Shown here one piece after another: positions 28,364-39,325 of a stretch of 64,000 bases of DNA (position 1 is its first letter; every line of letters begins with the position of its first letter). The DNA is taken from positions 4,064,001 to 4,128,000 of the forward strand of contig CBDCDC010000002.1 of the NCBI GenBank assembly GCA_965215195.1. The letters run 5' to 3'. The translations under genes and the position numbers were made by a program. The notes below the pieces were generated by a model. It made no database searches. It was not told the origin of the DNA and saw only the letters and a list, made by a program, of their open reading frames with translations. Origin of the DNA: Candidatus Latescibacterota bacterium. GTDB lineage: Bacteria > Latescibacterota > UBA2968 > UBA8231.

Positions 28364-30205
28364 ATGCAATCGTTTCGCAGCAGTACCACCACGCAGGGGC
28401 GGCGCATGGCCGGAGCGCGTGCTCTGTGGCGCGCCACCGGCATGAAGACCGAGGACTTTCAAAAGCCCATCGTCGCCATTGCCAACTCCTTTGCCCAGTT
28501 CGTGCCCGGACACGTGCATTTGCACCCCATCGGCCAGCAGGTCAAGGAAGTGATCGACCAGCACGGCGGCTATGGCGTGGAGTTCAACACCATTGCCGTT
28601 GACGACGGCATTGCCATGGGCCACGACGGGATGCTCTACTCCCTGCCGAGCCGCGAGCTAATCGCCGACAGCGTCGAGTACATGGTGCAGGCCCACAAGG
28701 CCGACGCCCTCGTCTGCATTTCCAATTGCGACAAGATCACTCCGGGCATGTTGCTGGCCACGCTCAGGCTCAACATCCCGGCGATCTTCGTCTCGGGCGG
28801 GCCCATGGAGGCCGGCAAGGCCGAGCTGTCAACGGGCCGCGCCAAGCTCGATTTGGTCGACTCCATGGTCGCCGCGGCCGACCCCAACTTGAGCGACGAG
28901 GACGTGGCCAAGATGGAGGAACAAGCCTGCCCGACTTGTGGCTCGTGTTCGGGCATGTTCACCGCCAACTCCATGAACTGCCTCAACGAAGCCATCGGCC
29001 TAGCCCTGCCGGGCAACGGCACCATCCTCGCCACGCACGCGCTGCGCTGGGAGCTTTTTGCCGCGGCCGGCAAGCGGATTGTCGAAATGGCCAAGGCGTT
29101 TTACCTAGCGGGCGACCCTTCGGTGCTGCCGCGCAGCATTGCGACCTTCTCGGCGTTTGAAAACGCCATGACCTTAGACATTGCCATGGGCGGATCCACC
29201 AACACGGTCCTGCACCTGTTGGCCATGGCCCGCGAGGCCGAAGTCAATTTCACCATGGCCGACATCGACCGGCTCTCGCGGCAGGTCCCTTGTATCTGCA
29301 AGGTGGCGCCGGCTTCGCAGGAGTTTCACCTAGAGGACGTCGCGCGCGCCGGTGGCATTATGAGCATCTTAGGCGAGCTATTGTGCGCCGGCAAAATCCA
29401 CCCGGAACCGAGGACCGTTGCCGGGCCGTCGCTGGGCGAGCTGATCGCCGCCAACGACATTCGCGGGTCGGGTGCGGTGGAAGCGATGGCCGAGCAGCGG
29501 GCGTTGGCGGCCCCGGGCAACGTGCGGACGAAGACCGCCTTCTCCCAGAACAACTTTTACCCCGAGTCGGACACGGACGATCAAACGGGCTGCATCCGCT
29601 CGGTCGCACACGCCTATTCGCAGGACGGCGGGCTGGCAGTGCTGTTCGGCAACATCGCCGAGGAGGGCTGCATCGTGAAGACGGCTGGGGTCGATGAGTC
29701 GATCTGGGTGTTTGAAGGCGCGGCCCGGATATTCGAATCCCAAGACGAGGCATGCGAGGGCATCCTCGGCGGCAAGGTCCGCGACGGCGACGTGGTAGTG
29801 ATCCGCTACGAGGGCCCCAAGGGCGGGCCGGGGATGCAGGAGATGCTCTATCCAACGTCGTACCTCAAGTCCATGGGACTGGGCAAGACTTGTGCGCTGT
29901 TGACCGACGGCCGCTTTTCCGGCGGCACCTCCGGGCTGTCGATTGGCCACGTCTCGCCGGAGGCGGCCGAGGGCGGGGCTCTGGCCTTGGTGGAAACCGG
30001 CGACCGGATTCGCATCGACATTCCCAATCGCAAAATCGACGTGCTACTCGCGGACGCTGCGCTCTCGGCGCGCCGGCAAAAAATAGATGCCTATCGGCCC
30101 CGCAACCGCCAACGTCCCGTCCCCCAATCGCTCCAGGCGTATGCCGCCCTGACGACGAGCGCGGCGCACGGAGCCGTGCGGGACGTGGGACAACTGCAGA
30201 AATAG
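28364..30205 (+). CDS. ilvD: Dihydroxy-acid dehydratase
   Basis: [66 protein letters not shown]. Confidence 0.98.
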   Translation: MQSFRSSTTTQGRRMAGARALWRATGMKTEDFQKPIVAIANSFAQFVPGHVHLHPIGQQVKEVIDQHGGYGVEFNTIAVDDGIAMGHDGMLYSLPSRELIADSVEYMVQAHKADALVCISNCDKITPGMLLATLRLNIPAIFVSGGPMEAGKAELSTGRAKLDLVDSMVAAADPNLSDEDVAKMEEQACPTCGSCSGMFTANSMNCLNEAIGLALPGNGTILATHALRWELFAAAGKRIVEMAKAFYLAGDPSVLPRSIATFSAFENAMTLDIAMGGSTNTVLHLLAMAREAEVNFTMADIDRLSRQVPCICKVAPASQEFHLEDVARAGGIMSILGELLCAGKIHPEPRTVAGPSLGELIAANDIRGSGAVEAMAEQRALAAPGNVRTKTAFSQNNFYPESDTDDQTGCIRSVAHAYSQDGGLAVLFGNIAEEGCIVKTAGVDESIWVFEGAARIFESQDEACEGILGGKVRDGDVVVIRYEGPKGGPGMQEMLYPTSYLKSMGLGKTCALLTDGRFSGGTSGLSIGHVSPEAAEGGALALVETGDRIRIDIPNRKIDVLLADAALSARRQKIDAYRPRNRQRPVPQSLQAYAALTTSAAHGAVRDVGQLQK

Positions 30206-30249
30206 CTTTGCGCTCAGCCCAAGTCGGTTGGATCCTCGCGGCATGGAAA

Positions 30250-30470
30250 GCAGTTTGTCGAGGCCGTGATCAGGCCGAGGCCGACTACGAGAATGTCGCC
30301 CAATTTGATGATCACGCGCTACTCAAGTGCTCGAAGCTCGGACCGCACTTCTTGCATCTCGGACCGCAGGCCGGCTTCGCGGGTTAGCAGGTCCGCCTTG
30401 GTCGCCACCGCTTACTCTTCCCCGAATCCGGCTGTTGGAGCCTCTTTGCGGCTTTGTGCATATCGAGCCT
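30250..30470 (-). pseudogene. Decayed DUF1640/CCDC90-like coiled-coil gene
   Basis: DMHKAAKRLQ / frameshift / AGFGEE*AVATKADLLTREAGLRSEMQEVRSELRALE*RVIIKLGDILVVGLGLI with in-frame stops at 30412-30414 and 30319-30321. Confidence 0.65.
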
Positions 30471-30614
30471 CGCTAAAAAAAGGTCTGTACCGCCCGGTGG
30501 TAGCGTTATTCGACCATCCCAATCCGAGATTACAACAGGCCCGGCGTCGGCTAAGAATGGATTTGAAGCCCCTCTCGCGTATGTATACATTGCCTTGCAC
30601 ACAAAGGGAACTCC

Positions 30615-31571
30615 ATGAAAATCACAGTACTAGACGGACACACTCTAAACCCCGGCGACAACCCCTGGGATCCAGTCGCGGCGTTGGGCGAGTTTGCGGT
30701 GTACGACAAAACTCCTGACGACCTGATTTTGCAGCGGGCTGCGGACGCCGACGTGATTTTGACCAACAAGGTGCCCCTGACGGCTGAGGCGTTTGCCCAG
30801 CTACCCAATTTGCGCTTCGTGTCGGTTATGGCCACCGGGTACAACATCGTCGATGTGGAAGCCGCACGTGCCCGCGCCATTCCGGTGTCGAACATTCCGG
30901 TGTACGGCACCGACTCGGTCGCCCAATACACCATGGCCCTGCTGCTGGAGCTGTGCCACCGAATAGGGCATCACGACGCAGCAGTGCATCGAGGGGGCTG
31001 GGCTGAATCGGGCTATTGGTGTTTCTGGGAGACGCCGCTGATGGAGCTCGCCGGGAAAATTATCGGCCTCGTGGGCTTTGGGCGCATCGGACAGCGCGTC
31101 GGCGAGCTGGCCCACGCCTTCGGCATGGAGGTCTGGGCGTATGCGCCGTCGCCCAAGGCCCCGCCGGGGTACGCGCCGTTTGCCCTCAAGAGCACGGCCG
31201 AGATTTTCGCCGGAGCCGACGTGGTCAGCTTGCACTGCCCGCAGACGCCCGACAACACTGGCTTTGTCAACGCCGAGTTGTTGGCGACCATGAAGGAAGG
31301 GTCGCTCTTGATCAACACGGCGCGCGGAGCACTCGTCGATGAACAGGCCCTTTTGCAGGCCCTGCGCGCCGGCAAGCCCCGAGCCGCGGCCACGGACGTG
31401 GCTTCGGTTGAGCCGATTGCCAGCGGCAACCCGCTCTTGCAGGCACCGAATCTGCTCATCACGCCGCATATTGCTTGGGCCACGCTAGAGGCGCGCAAGC
31501 GACTGATGCAAATGACGGCAGAAAACGTGCGGGCCTTTTTGGCCGGCGCGCCGATCAACGTGGTGAACTGA
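30615..31571 (+). CDS. D-2-hydroxyacid dehydrogenase (glycerate dehydrogenase-like)
   Basis: VLDGHTLNPGD, ATGYNIVD, GFGRIG, SLHCP, INTARG, ITPHIAW. Confidence 0.93.
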   Translation: MKITVLDGHTLNPGDNPWDPVAALGEFAVYDKTPDDLILQRAADADVILTNKVPLTAEAFAQLPNLRFVSVMATGYNIVDVEAARARAIPVSNIPVYGTDSVAQYTMALLLELCHRIGHHDAAVHRGGWAESGYWCFWETPLMELAGKIIGLVGFGRIGQRVGELAHAFGMEVWAYAPSPKAPPGYAPFALKSTAEIFAGADVVSLHCPQTPDNTGFVNAELLATMKEGSLLINTARGALVDEQALLQALRAGKPRAAATDVASVEPIASGNPLLQAPNLLITPHIAWATLEARKRLMQMTAENVRAFLAGAPINVVN

Positions 31572-31671
31572 GCGAGCGTTGGCCAGCCTCAGTTCGAGTT
31601 CGCCGCCTGCTCTGCCTTCTCGACTCGCCTCTGGCACCCAGAACAAGACATCAAAACCTGAGGAGAGGGAC

Positions 31672-33933
31672 ATGGAAGAACTCAATGACGGCAGGCCCTT
31701 CGCCACGCTCGAAGACGCCCGCGATGCAGTCCGGGAACTAAAGGCGACCTCCGGCCTGCCGGCCGGCGGCCTAAGAGTCCGGGTGCGCGGCCGGGTTCAC
31801 GCACTGGCGCACGGTGTGCGCTTCGGCCCGGAGGACTCGGGCACGGCCGCAACGCCCATCGCGTATTGCGCTGCTGAGGGCGAGACGGTGCGCCTCTTGG
31901 GCGGCCGGCAGCTCGACCCGGCGGCGTGGACGCCGGTGATCGATCCCGCGGTCCGGGCCCGTCTGGCCGAGGGGGCGAAAGAGCACGTCGTGCAGATCGA
32001 CCTAACCACCCAAGGTGTAACAGACCTTGGCACCTTTGTCTCGCGCGGGTTCGGCCGCGACACGGCCGCGGCCCATCTGGAGCTCTTCTTCAATGACCGG
32101 CCCATGACCGTGGCCCAGTGGCCCAATGCCGGGCAGTTCGCCGCGATCACCGGCTTCACCAAGCCGATGTCCAACCCGTGGGGCCAGGAAGCGGGGGATC
32201 TGACCGGCGGGTTCACCTACGACGGGGACCGGCCGAGCCGCTGGGCACCGGCCAACGACATCTGGGTGCACGGGTATTGGGGCTATGACTGGGCCAATTC
32301 CTACGAGCGGGTCAGCCGTCTCGATCCCGAGAACCGCCTAGTGGAAACCGCCCCGCCCCACGGCAACCACCACTTCACCCCAGGGCAGCGGTTCTACTTC
32401 CTCAATGTCCTGGAGGAGCTCGACCAACCCGGCGAGTACTACGCAGACCGCGTCAACGGCATCCTCTACTTCTGGCCTCCGGGCGAGTTGTCCGCGGCGG
32501 AAACCGTGGTGTCGGAGGTGAGCGAGCCGCTGCTGACGCTGCAAAACGTCAACCACGTAGAGTTCCGCGGCCTGACCGTGGAGGCGGGCCGCGGCCGCGG
32601 CATCGAGGCCGAGGGCGGCGAGGGGCTGCGGATCATCGGCTGCACCATTCGCAACTGCGGCACTTGGGCCGTGCGGATTGAGGGCGGTACCGACCACACC
32701 GTGGCCGGATGCGACATCTACGGCAGCGGCGATGGTGGCGTCAGCGTCAACGGCGGCGACCGTCCTAGTCTGACTCCCTGCAACCACGCCGTCGTCAACA
32801 ACCACATCCACCACTTTGCGCGCTGGAGCCGCTGTTATGTGGCCGGCATCGGGGCTGGCGGGGTCGGCATGCGCTTCGCCCACAACCTGATCCACGACGC
32901 CCCGCACAATGCCATCCTATTCTGGGGCAACGATTTCCTGATCGAAAACAACGAGATCTACCGGGTCTGCTTGGAGACCGGGGACGCCGGGGCTATCTAC
33001 ACCGGCCGCGACTTCACCTACCGGGGCAACGTCATCCGCCGCAACTTCATCCACCACATGGGCGGCGTCGGCATGGGCACCATGGCCATCTACATGGATG
33101 ACTGCGTCAGCGGCACCCACATTGCAGAGAACACCCTCTGGTGCTGCCAGACTGCCGTCGTGCTGGGCGGCGGCCGCGACTTCGTCGTCGAGCAAAACGT
33201 CTTCGTGGAGTGCCTTCTTGCCATCGGTGCCGACGCCCGCGGGATAGACATCAATCCGGTCTGGCAAAACAACATCAAGGGACTGCGGGAAAGCCTCGAG
33301 GCAATGCGCTACGACGAGCCCCCCTACAGCGAGCGCTATCCCGAGATCGCGGGGGTCGACCCGCACTATGCGGCGGGGAAGGGTGTGCCGCCGGAGCACA
33401 ACCGGGTCGAGGGCAACGTCTGCTGGCACTCCCCTTGGATCGGCGAGCCTTGGCCGACCGGGGCGGACAATGGCATTGCCGAGAAAGACAACCTAATCGA
33501 CATCGATCCGGAATTCACGGACGAGGCCTTCGGGGTGCTGACCCTCGGCCCGGAGTCGCCCGCGCAACGCCTAGGGTGCGGGGTGATTCCGCTCGACGAG
33601 ATCGGCCTGATCCGGGACGCTACCCGCGCCACCGTGCCGCCGCACGTGCGCACCGCCCTAGAACTGGGGCCACCGCGGGGGGCTGGCGAGCCGGCAGGGC
33701 TGCGGTTGCGGTTGCGCAACGATGGCACCGACCCGGCCCGGGGCACGGTCGTGGTGGAGACGAGCACCTCAACCAGCAGCGAGCGCTTCGATTACGCCCT
33801 GGCTCCAGGCGAAGTCTTGGCCCGCGCCCTGACCGTCCGTACCGACGCCCGGATCGTGCGGATCTACTCACCTGACAGCCGCCTACAGCCGACGGAACTG
33901 GCCATTCCTGACCCGCAGAATAAGGTGAACTGA
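31672..33933 (+). CDS. Right-handed parallel beta-helix protein (GH141-like putative carbohydrate-active enzyme)
   Basis: PFATLEDARDAVR, FGPEDSG, NVLEELDQPGEY, HNLIHDAPH, ETGDAGAIY, IYMDD; AGGAG RBS before ATG 31672. Confidence 0.82.
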   Translation: MEELNDGRPFATLEDARDAVRELKATSGLPAGGLRVRVRGRVHALAHGVRFGPEDSGTAATPIAYCAAEGETVRLLGGRQLDPAAWTPVIDPAVRARLAEGAKEHVVQIDLTTQGVTDLGTFVSRGFGRDTAAAHLELFFNDRPMTVAQWPNAGQFAAITGFTKPMSNPWGQEAGDLTGGFTYDGDRPSRWAPANDIWVHGYWGYDWANSYERVSRLDPENRLVETAPPHGNHHFTPGQRFYFLNVLEELDQPGEYYADRVNGILYFWPPGELSAAETVVSEVSEPLLTLQNVNHVEFRGLTVEAGRGRGIEAEGGEGLRIIGCTIRNCGTWAVRIEGGTDHTVAGCDIYGSGDGGVSVNGGDRPSLTPCNHAVVNNHIHHFARWSRCYVAGIGAGGVGMRFAHNLIHDAPHNAILFWGNDFLIENNEIYRVCLETGDAGAIYTGRDFTYRGNVIRRNFIHHMGGVGMGTMAIYMDDCVSGTHIAENTLWCCQTAVVLGGGRDFVVEQNVFVECLLAIGADARGIDINPVWQNNIKGLRESLEAMRYDEPPYSERYPEIAGVDPHYAAGKGVPPEHNRVEGNVCWHSPWIGEPWPTGADNGIAEKDNLIDIDPEFTDEAFGVLTLGPESPAQRLGCGVIPLDEIGLIRDATRATVPPHVRTALELGPPRGAGEPAGLRLRLRNDGTDPARGTVVVETSTSTSSERFDYALAPGEVLARALTVRTDARIVRIYSPDSRLQPTELAIPDPQNKVN

Positions 33934-33936
33934 GCG

Positions 33937-33966
33937 TTGACATTGCGTGCGATTTTCGGTTATTAT
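33937..33966 (+). promoter_or_regulatory. ssrA promoter
   Basis: TTGACA-18-TATTAT just upstream of the tmRNA 5' end. Confidence 0.65.
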
Positions 33967-33973
33967 GTTCCAA

Positions 33974-34331
33974 GGGGGCGACTTGGCTTCGACGGGGTCG
34001 GAGAAGCCCAAATTGCGTGCCGAGGTCCCGACACCTCGTAAATCCTCGGGAAACAATTAAGCGACGAAACTAACACGTACGCTCTGGCTGCCTAAATTTA
34101 GCGCAGCCCATTGGGGTCTGTTGAGCCTGCGCGGCGGGCCCCAATGTCAACTCTTGCAGGCTGGTCCCAAACCTTCGCCCGAGGGAATGGGACGAGATTT
34201 TTCGGGCTGGCCCGTTGCGTGGCCCGTTGGCCGGCAGCGCAACAGGCGAGATTACTAAGGCCGACTACGCACGTAGCATATTTCGGTAGAACCGGTCTCG
34301 GACGCGGGTTCGATTCCCGCCGCCTCCACCA
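33974..34331 (+). ncRNA. ssrA: tmRNA (transfer-messenger RNA)
   Basis: 5' GGGGGCG pairs with 3' CGCCTCC-A-CCA (G.U at pair 3); T-arm GCGGGTTCGATTCCCGC; tag ORF GAC GAA ACT AAC ACG TAC GCT CTG GCT GCC TAA = (A)DETNTYALAA. Confidence 0.97.
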
Positions 34332-34335
34332 TCTT

Positions 34336-34380
34336 TAAGCGCGCTCGTCTCTGCGGAGAGACGAGCGCGCTTAACTTTTT
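34336..34380 (+). terminator. Rho-independent terminator between convergent ssrA and helicase genes
   Basis: TAAGCGCGCTCGTCTCT-GCGG-AGAGACGAGCGCGCTTA then TTTTT. Confidence 0.88.
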
Positions 34381-34385
34381 GTCTT

Positions 34386-37300
34386 TCAAGAGCTTAGGGT
34401 GTCGCCGGTCGTCTCGTCGAGCAGTCGGTCCCGCGTTTTCCCGATTTCTTCAATCACCGAGTCAATCTCCTCGTGGCATCGCCACGCCGGTATCCGCAGG
34501 ATTGTCCAACCGAGGTTGGACAGAACGCGGTCTCGTGTAATATCCTGACGCCGTTGTCGGCCTCTGGCGTCAAGGTGCTGATCGCCGTCAACTTCGATGT
34601 TCAGTTTGATCCCCTGTTCCAGCAGCGCGAAGTCTAGCTCGTACCCCTCTACCTCGATTTTGCCATAGGGTAAGAGGTCTTGGAGCTGCATGGCGTTGAG
34701 CAGGATTTTCTCCGACATGCTGTCTGTGCGGAACTCGGCAGAGCCCTCATTCCGGGCGACCTCCTCGCGCAGATAGGCCTGCAGGGAGGCCAAGGTGGGG
34801 CTCCCCAAATCGCCCATGAGTGGGTGCCCAAGGACGATTAGCATTCGACGGGCGCGGCTGACCGCCACGTTGAGGAGGTTCCGCTCTTTTTCTATCCACC
34901 GAGCCCCGCTCTTGGACATGCCGGGCGAGAGCACGGAAGAAAGAACGATCGCATCGCGCTCGTCTCCCTGTAGGCGGTGTGCGGTTCCGCTTACAAAATC
35001 GAGGTCGTCTAGGGCGGCTTGGCCGAATTGCGTTTTGGCTATCTGCGCGATGAGTCGCGCCTGTGCGGTGAACGGAGTCAACGCGCCGACGGTCTTGTAA
35101 CCGGATTCGATTAAGCCGCGAAGTTGTTTCACTGTTTCCTCGGCCTCGGCCTGATTTAGCCAGCTTCCAGTGGCGGGCCGCACGGCCGCGCCATCGACAT
35201 CACACCAGTAGATGTGACGATCGCGCGGGGACGTATCGGAGACATCCGTCAATACGGCGAGTTCACCCTTGTAGAACGTCTTGTTGAACCAACGGGCGAT
35301 GTGTGGGTGGCAGCGATAGTGCTCGTTGAGAAGAACTGGTGTTTGGGGTCTTGCGGCAAACTCGAACGCGGAGTAAGCCGAACCGTCTTTGTGGTGGATG
35401 CCGCGGTTGCGTAGATCGTCGTTGTCAAGCCCGGTCTGCGTGGCGATCTCCTGTAAGAGTCCATCGCTGAGGGAAACGAGCGGATTCAGTTGGTATGGAT
35501 CCCCCACGATAGCCAAACGTTTTGCGCGGTAGGCCAACGGCAGCACGGCCGCGAGGCTGCACTGGCTGGCCTCATCGACGATCACGAGGTCAAACAGGCC
35601 TGATTCCAAGGGGAAGTTGGAACGCGCTGTTAAGGCGGTGCATGCCCAGCCCCGCAAGTGGCCAAGCGAATTGCCAATTGCTTTTTTGATGCGGCCGCTG
35701 TCGGCGGAGATGGACCCGAAAGCGGCTAGGCGGTCAGCGCCGGCGGAGACGCGCGTTGCCGTGTCCACGCGAATTGCGTAGAGGCTTGCCGCGGCCCATT
35801 TCTGGTCTGCTTCGCGCACGCTAATAGCCGGGTCGCCCACCGCGGATTTCAGTTGTCGACGTTCAGCTCGTCCAATTTCCAATTGGGAGGTCAGCTTTGC
35901 TATGCGCTGATCAATCCCAGCCCAGGTGACGAGTTGCTCCAATGGAGCGTTTTCAGAGCAACCGAGTCGCCGGCGGAAGCGACGCGTGCGGAAGCGACGG
36001 AACAGCCACGCCCTCAACAACCGTCTGCTTCGTCGCTCTATTTCGTGGGAACTGATGGGCAGTTCAGGAGGGCTCGCGTTAGGCCAGAGTGTTCGCGCCG
36101 CCTCTTGCAAGGCTAGCCTGAGTTCCTCCTGCTCCTCTACAACCTGCAACAGTTTCACATCCAGTTCGTCCAGCCGCGCCAGTTTCTCCAGTAGCTGGGT
36201 GCGCCCCGTGGCGACGCGCTTTAAGCGGGTACGCGCTGCGGCTTGGCTGCCGCTATGCACTGCCGCCTGAGTCAACGCCGCGGTGATGCGATCCGGGACC
36301 TGCTCGCGCACACCGCGATTGCCGGTGCGAACTAACAAGCCGCTACTCACGTCCTTTTCCGCACGGTCGACGGCCACGTCAACCGCACCATTGTTGGTTG
36401 AGGTCACCAAGACTTTGTCGCCGTCTAGCCACGCGTTCGCAATCGCGTTGACTACGAGTTGCGTCTTGCCGGTCCCAGGTGGGCCGGTCACGACCGTCAG
36501 AGGTTCTCTGCGCAGACGCTCGAGAGTTTCCTCCTGTGATTGGTTGCATACAAGTGGAGCCGCAAGAGGCCCGGACGGGAGTCGCTTGTTTTCCTGCTGC
36601 GCGAAACCGTTGGGGAGAAGATGTGCCGCAGCCGTAGTCGACCAGTCTTCTCGGGTCTGCAGTTGTCGCAGTTCTTCGCGCAGGGTGCTGGTATATCCAG
36701 ACCACTCTGCCACAACCGAAATCGCGGCGTTGTAGACGCCCTTTTTGCGATCGATGTTCGAGTCGAGGATTCTAGCGTTGAGAGGCGACCAGATCTGCAG
36801 TCCGAGCAGGTCGGCCGTTCGTGCGGCGAGGGCCCCAAAAGCGTCGGCATCTCCGAATGGCAAGCCGCGACTTAACAGATCGCTGATGTCTTCGGCGACC
36901 GCAGGGTCGAAGATACCGCTTGCCGTGATGGCCAAATTGAACTCTGGCTCCATAGTAGCGTGAAGTTTCCACTGGTAGTTGGGATCTTGTTCCGGTTCGA
37001 TCTGGACAGCGAAAAGAGGGGCAACCTTGGGCGTGTGATCGCGGTCGGTTACGACGATAGTCGGCCAGCCGTAGATGATCGACCGGGTGCGATCCCTCAG
37101 TTTATCGGCGAGCTCTCCAGGTGCCGGCGTCGAGTCGCTTTGCCCGACCACCAGTTTCTCTTCCCCAGAGTGTACGAACCAAAGAGAGTTCGCTTTGACG
37201 TACGGAACCAGTGATTTCGCTGCTTCCGCTTCAACGCACTGTTGCGCGTAATTGCAGAGTTGCTGCCAAGGAGTTTGTGCATTGTTGGCAGCCGGTTTTG

Positions 37301-37520
37301 AAAATTTCGATCTGCTGGGATTGGCGTTCGTTGCCGCATTCCGCGAACCGCCCGCTGCGCTATCCGAGGAATCCTTGCCATCTGCGCAGTCAATACACCA
37401 GACCTTTTTTGACGATGGTGACCAGTGGGCGCGCTGGCCCTCCTCTAGCCTCGTCGCGCACGATCGGCAGCGTCCGGCGTACTTCAGCGAAATGAAACGT
37501 AGATCTTTGGGTAGTTCCAT
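34386..37520 (-). CDS. SF1 (DNA2/UPF1-like) helicase fused to C-terminal Vsr-like/DUF559 endonuclease
   Basis: GPPGTGKT, DEASQ, VGDPYQL, HYRCHP, AHRLQGDERD, LNVAVSRAR; C-term LDFAL...IEVDGDQH...RDRVLSNLGWTILRI; N-term CRSC...CIDC. Confidence 0.9.
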   Translation of the reverse strand: MELPKDLRFISLKYAGRCRSCATRLEEGQRAHWSPSSKKVWCIDCADGKDSSDSAAGGSRNAATNANPSRSKFSKPAANNAQTPWQQLCNYAQQCVEAEAAKSLVPYVKANSLWFVHSGEEKLVVGQSDSTPAPGELADKLRDRTRSIIYGWPTIVVTDRDHTPKVAPLFAVQIEPEQDPNYQWKLHATMEPEFNLAITASGIFDPAVAEDISDLLSRGLPFGDADAFGALAARTADLLGLQIWSPLNARILDSNIDRKKGVYNAAISVVAEWSGYTSTLREELRQLQTREDWSTTAAAHLLPNGFAQQENKRLPSGPLAAPLVCNQSQEETLERLRREPLTVVTGPPGTGKTQLVVNAIANAWLDGDKVLVTSTNNGAVDVAVDRAEKDVSSGLLVRTGNRGVREQVPDRITAALTQAAVHSGSQAAARTRLKRVATGRTQLLEKLARLDELDVKLLQVVEEQEELRLALQEAARTLWPNASPPELPISSHEIERRSRRLLRAWLFRRFRTRRFRRRLGCSENAPLEQLVTWAGIDQRIAKLTSQLEIGRAERRQLKSAVGDPAISVREADQKWAAASLYAIRVDTATRVSAGADRLAAFGSISADSGRIKKAIGNSLGHLRGWACTALTARSNFPLESGLFDLVIVDEASQCSLAAVLPLAYRAKRLAIVGDPYQLNPLVSLSDGLLQEIATQTGLDNDDLRNRGIHHKDGSAYSAFEFAARPQTPVLLNEHYRCHPHIARWFNKTFYKGELAVLTDVSDTSPRDRHIYWCDVDGAAVRPATGSWLNQAEAEETVKQLRGLIESGYKTVGALTPFTAQARLIAQIAKTQFGQAALDDLDFVSGTAHRLQGDERDAIVLSSVLSPGMSKSGARWIEKERNLLNVAVSRARRMLIVLGHPLMGDLGSPTLASLQAYLREEVARNEGSAEFRTDSMSEKILLNAMQLQDLLPYGKIEVEGYELDFALLEQGIKLNIEVDGDQHLDARGRQRRQDITRDRVLSNLGWTILRIPAWRCHEEIDSVIEEIGKTRDRLLDETTGDTLSS

Positions 37521-37827
37521 CCTCGGTCCTTAGAGGGTGCTATCAGCGATGGCGAATTGTTGGAATTTATCGCTGTGAAGCTCGCGGCCGGCGAGCCGTG
37601 TACTGCGGTTCTTCGCGGAACCGATCAAGGATGCGGCTAGTGGTGCTCGCTGTCGATCCGGTCTTGGCCCTAGCGCACCCGCACCAGATCGTAGGTGGAT
37701 TGTCGAGGCGATAGAACAGGAGTATTATAAAATCGGCTAAACTGAATGTAGGGCGCAAGGAACGCCCTAGACCACGATCAACCCATTCACTAAACCGCAT
37801 TGATTTTAAGCCGGAGAAAGCTATAAC

Positions 37828-38988
37828 ATGAAGATCAGCGACATTAAGGTTACGCCCTCCCTCGGCGCGGAAAATCGCCACTGGTCCTTGCTGAAAATTT
37901 TCACGGACGAAGGCCTTGTCGGCCTCGGCGAGTGGACCGCTGGGGGGCCTATTGAGCCGCTCAAACAAATGCTCATTGGCCGCGACCCGACCAACATCAA
38001 TCGGCTGCACTACGACCACCTGTGGCAGATGCAGGGCCGCGGCGCTGGCGTGGAAATCGCCCTGTGGGACATCCGCGGCAAGCAGCTAAACGCACCCATG
38101 CACGAGCTGCTGGGCGGCAAACTGCGCGACCGCATTCGCGTGTACTGCGACTGCCACGCGGGCGCGCACTGGACGCGGGAGGACTACCAGCGGCGCTGGC
38201 GGGAGACGCGGGCCAGCGGGCAATTGGATCCGGTGTACGAAACCAGCGCCTATGTGTCCATGGCCAAAGAGGTAGTGGCCGAAGGGTACACCGCCGTCAA
38301 GTTCGACCTTGACGTGCCCAACCCGTGGAAGCTCGACGCGTACGACCGCTCCATCAGCCGCCGGCAGCACCACCACATCGTCGCCACCATCGAAAGCCTG
38401 CGCCAGGCGATTGGCCCGTACATCGACTTATCCATCGACTTGCACGGTTCCTTCAACCTGGCCGACGCCCTGCGCATCTGCAAAGACGTGGAGCACCTCG
38501 ACCTGCTGTGGTTGGAGGATCCCATCCGCTGGGAGTGGGGCAATGTCGCTGCCTTGGCCAAAATCTGCCGGCAGACCGAGACGCCGATCTGCACTGGCGA
38601 AATTTTTTACGGGGCCAAGATGTTCCGCGAGCTGATGGAACAACAGGCCTGCGACCTGCTGGAGCCGGACATTCCCCACAGCGGCGGCGCCATTGAAATC
38701 CGCCGCATCGCCGAACTGGCCGAGATGTACCACATGTCGCTGGCCCCCCACTACATGCGCAGCGCGGTTACGGGTATGGCCGCGGTCCATATATGCGCCA
38801 CCCTGCCCAATTTCCTCGCCCTAGAGCACCACTCGCGCAACATCCCGCTGTGGAGCACCATGCTCGACCTCAAGAACCCAATTCAGCAAGGTTACATCGC
38901 CGTGCCCGACGGCCCGGGCTTGGGCGTCGATCTAGACGAAGAAGCCATCGCCGCCGCGCTACCTGCCGGGGTGCCGTTGTGGTCCTGA
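37828..38988 (+). CDS. Mandelate racemase/muconate lactonizing enzyme family protein
   Basis: TDEGLVGLGE, VEIALWDIRGK, LLGGKLRDRI, KFD, DLH, WLEDP, TGE, APH, PDGPGLG. Confidence 0.93.
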   Translation: MKISDIKVTPSLGAENRHWSLLKIFTDEGLVGLGEWTAGGPIEPLKQMLIGRDPTNINRLHYDHLWQMQGRGAGVEIALWDIRGKQLNAPMHELLGGKLRDRIRVYCDCHAGAHWTREDYQRRWRETRASGQLDPVYETSAYVSMAKEVVAEGYTAVKFDLDVPNPWKLDAYDRSISRRQHHHIVATIESLRQAIGPYIDLSIDLHGSFNLADALRICKDVEHLDLLWLEDPIRWEWGNVAALAKICRQTETPICTGEIFYGAKMFRELMEQQACDLLEPDIPHSGGAIEIRRIAELAEMYHMSLAPHYMRSAVTGMAAVHICATLPNFLALEHHSRNIPLWSTMLDLKNPIQQGYIAVPDGPGLGVDLDEEAIAAALPAGVPLWS

Positions 38989-39094
38989 GCCGCAACTGAC
39001 TCCCTAACGCGTTCAATTCTTGCAGGAACTCTTTCATTTTTGCGATGTTTAACGGGAGAGGGGCCGGACGCGGCCGACAGGGCCTTGGCGGCGG

Positions 39095-39325
39095 TGCGGT
39101 TGGCTCGCGCCTTTAGGCGTGACAAACCCCCGGCGGACCGCGTTGCGTAGCTTTTTCGCGGGCGAGACGCCCTCGCTCCTAGATTGTTTGCTGCATCCCC
39201 GGCGGATCGCGTTGAGTAGCGGCCAGGCGGCTCTCGGATGGGGCGTTTTTCGCGGGCGAGACGCCCTCGCTCCTAGATTGTTTGCTGCACACAAGGGATG
39301 GTTGCCGGAATTTTCAGACCGCTTC
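39095..39325 (+). mobile_element. Degenerate MITE copy (family of 52872-53039) with internal 44-bp duplication
   Basis: Intact right end CAGACCGCTTC followed by TTA; body matches the reverse complement of 52872-53039; 39152-39195 equals 39246-39289; left end eroded. Confidence 0.75.

Noticed and set aside
37521-37827. Possible small gene or RNA between the helicase and the enolase-family gene
   Set aside because: No convincing RBS, motif or structure
34332-37830. Prophage or ICE integrated at ssrA
   Set aside because: No integrase, phage genes or duplicated tmRNA 3' end (att) found
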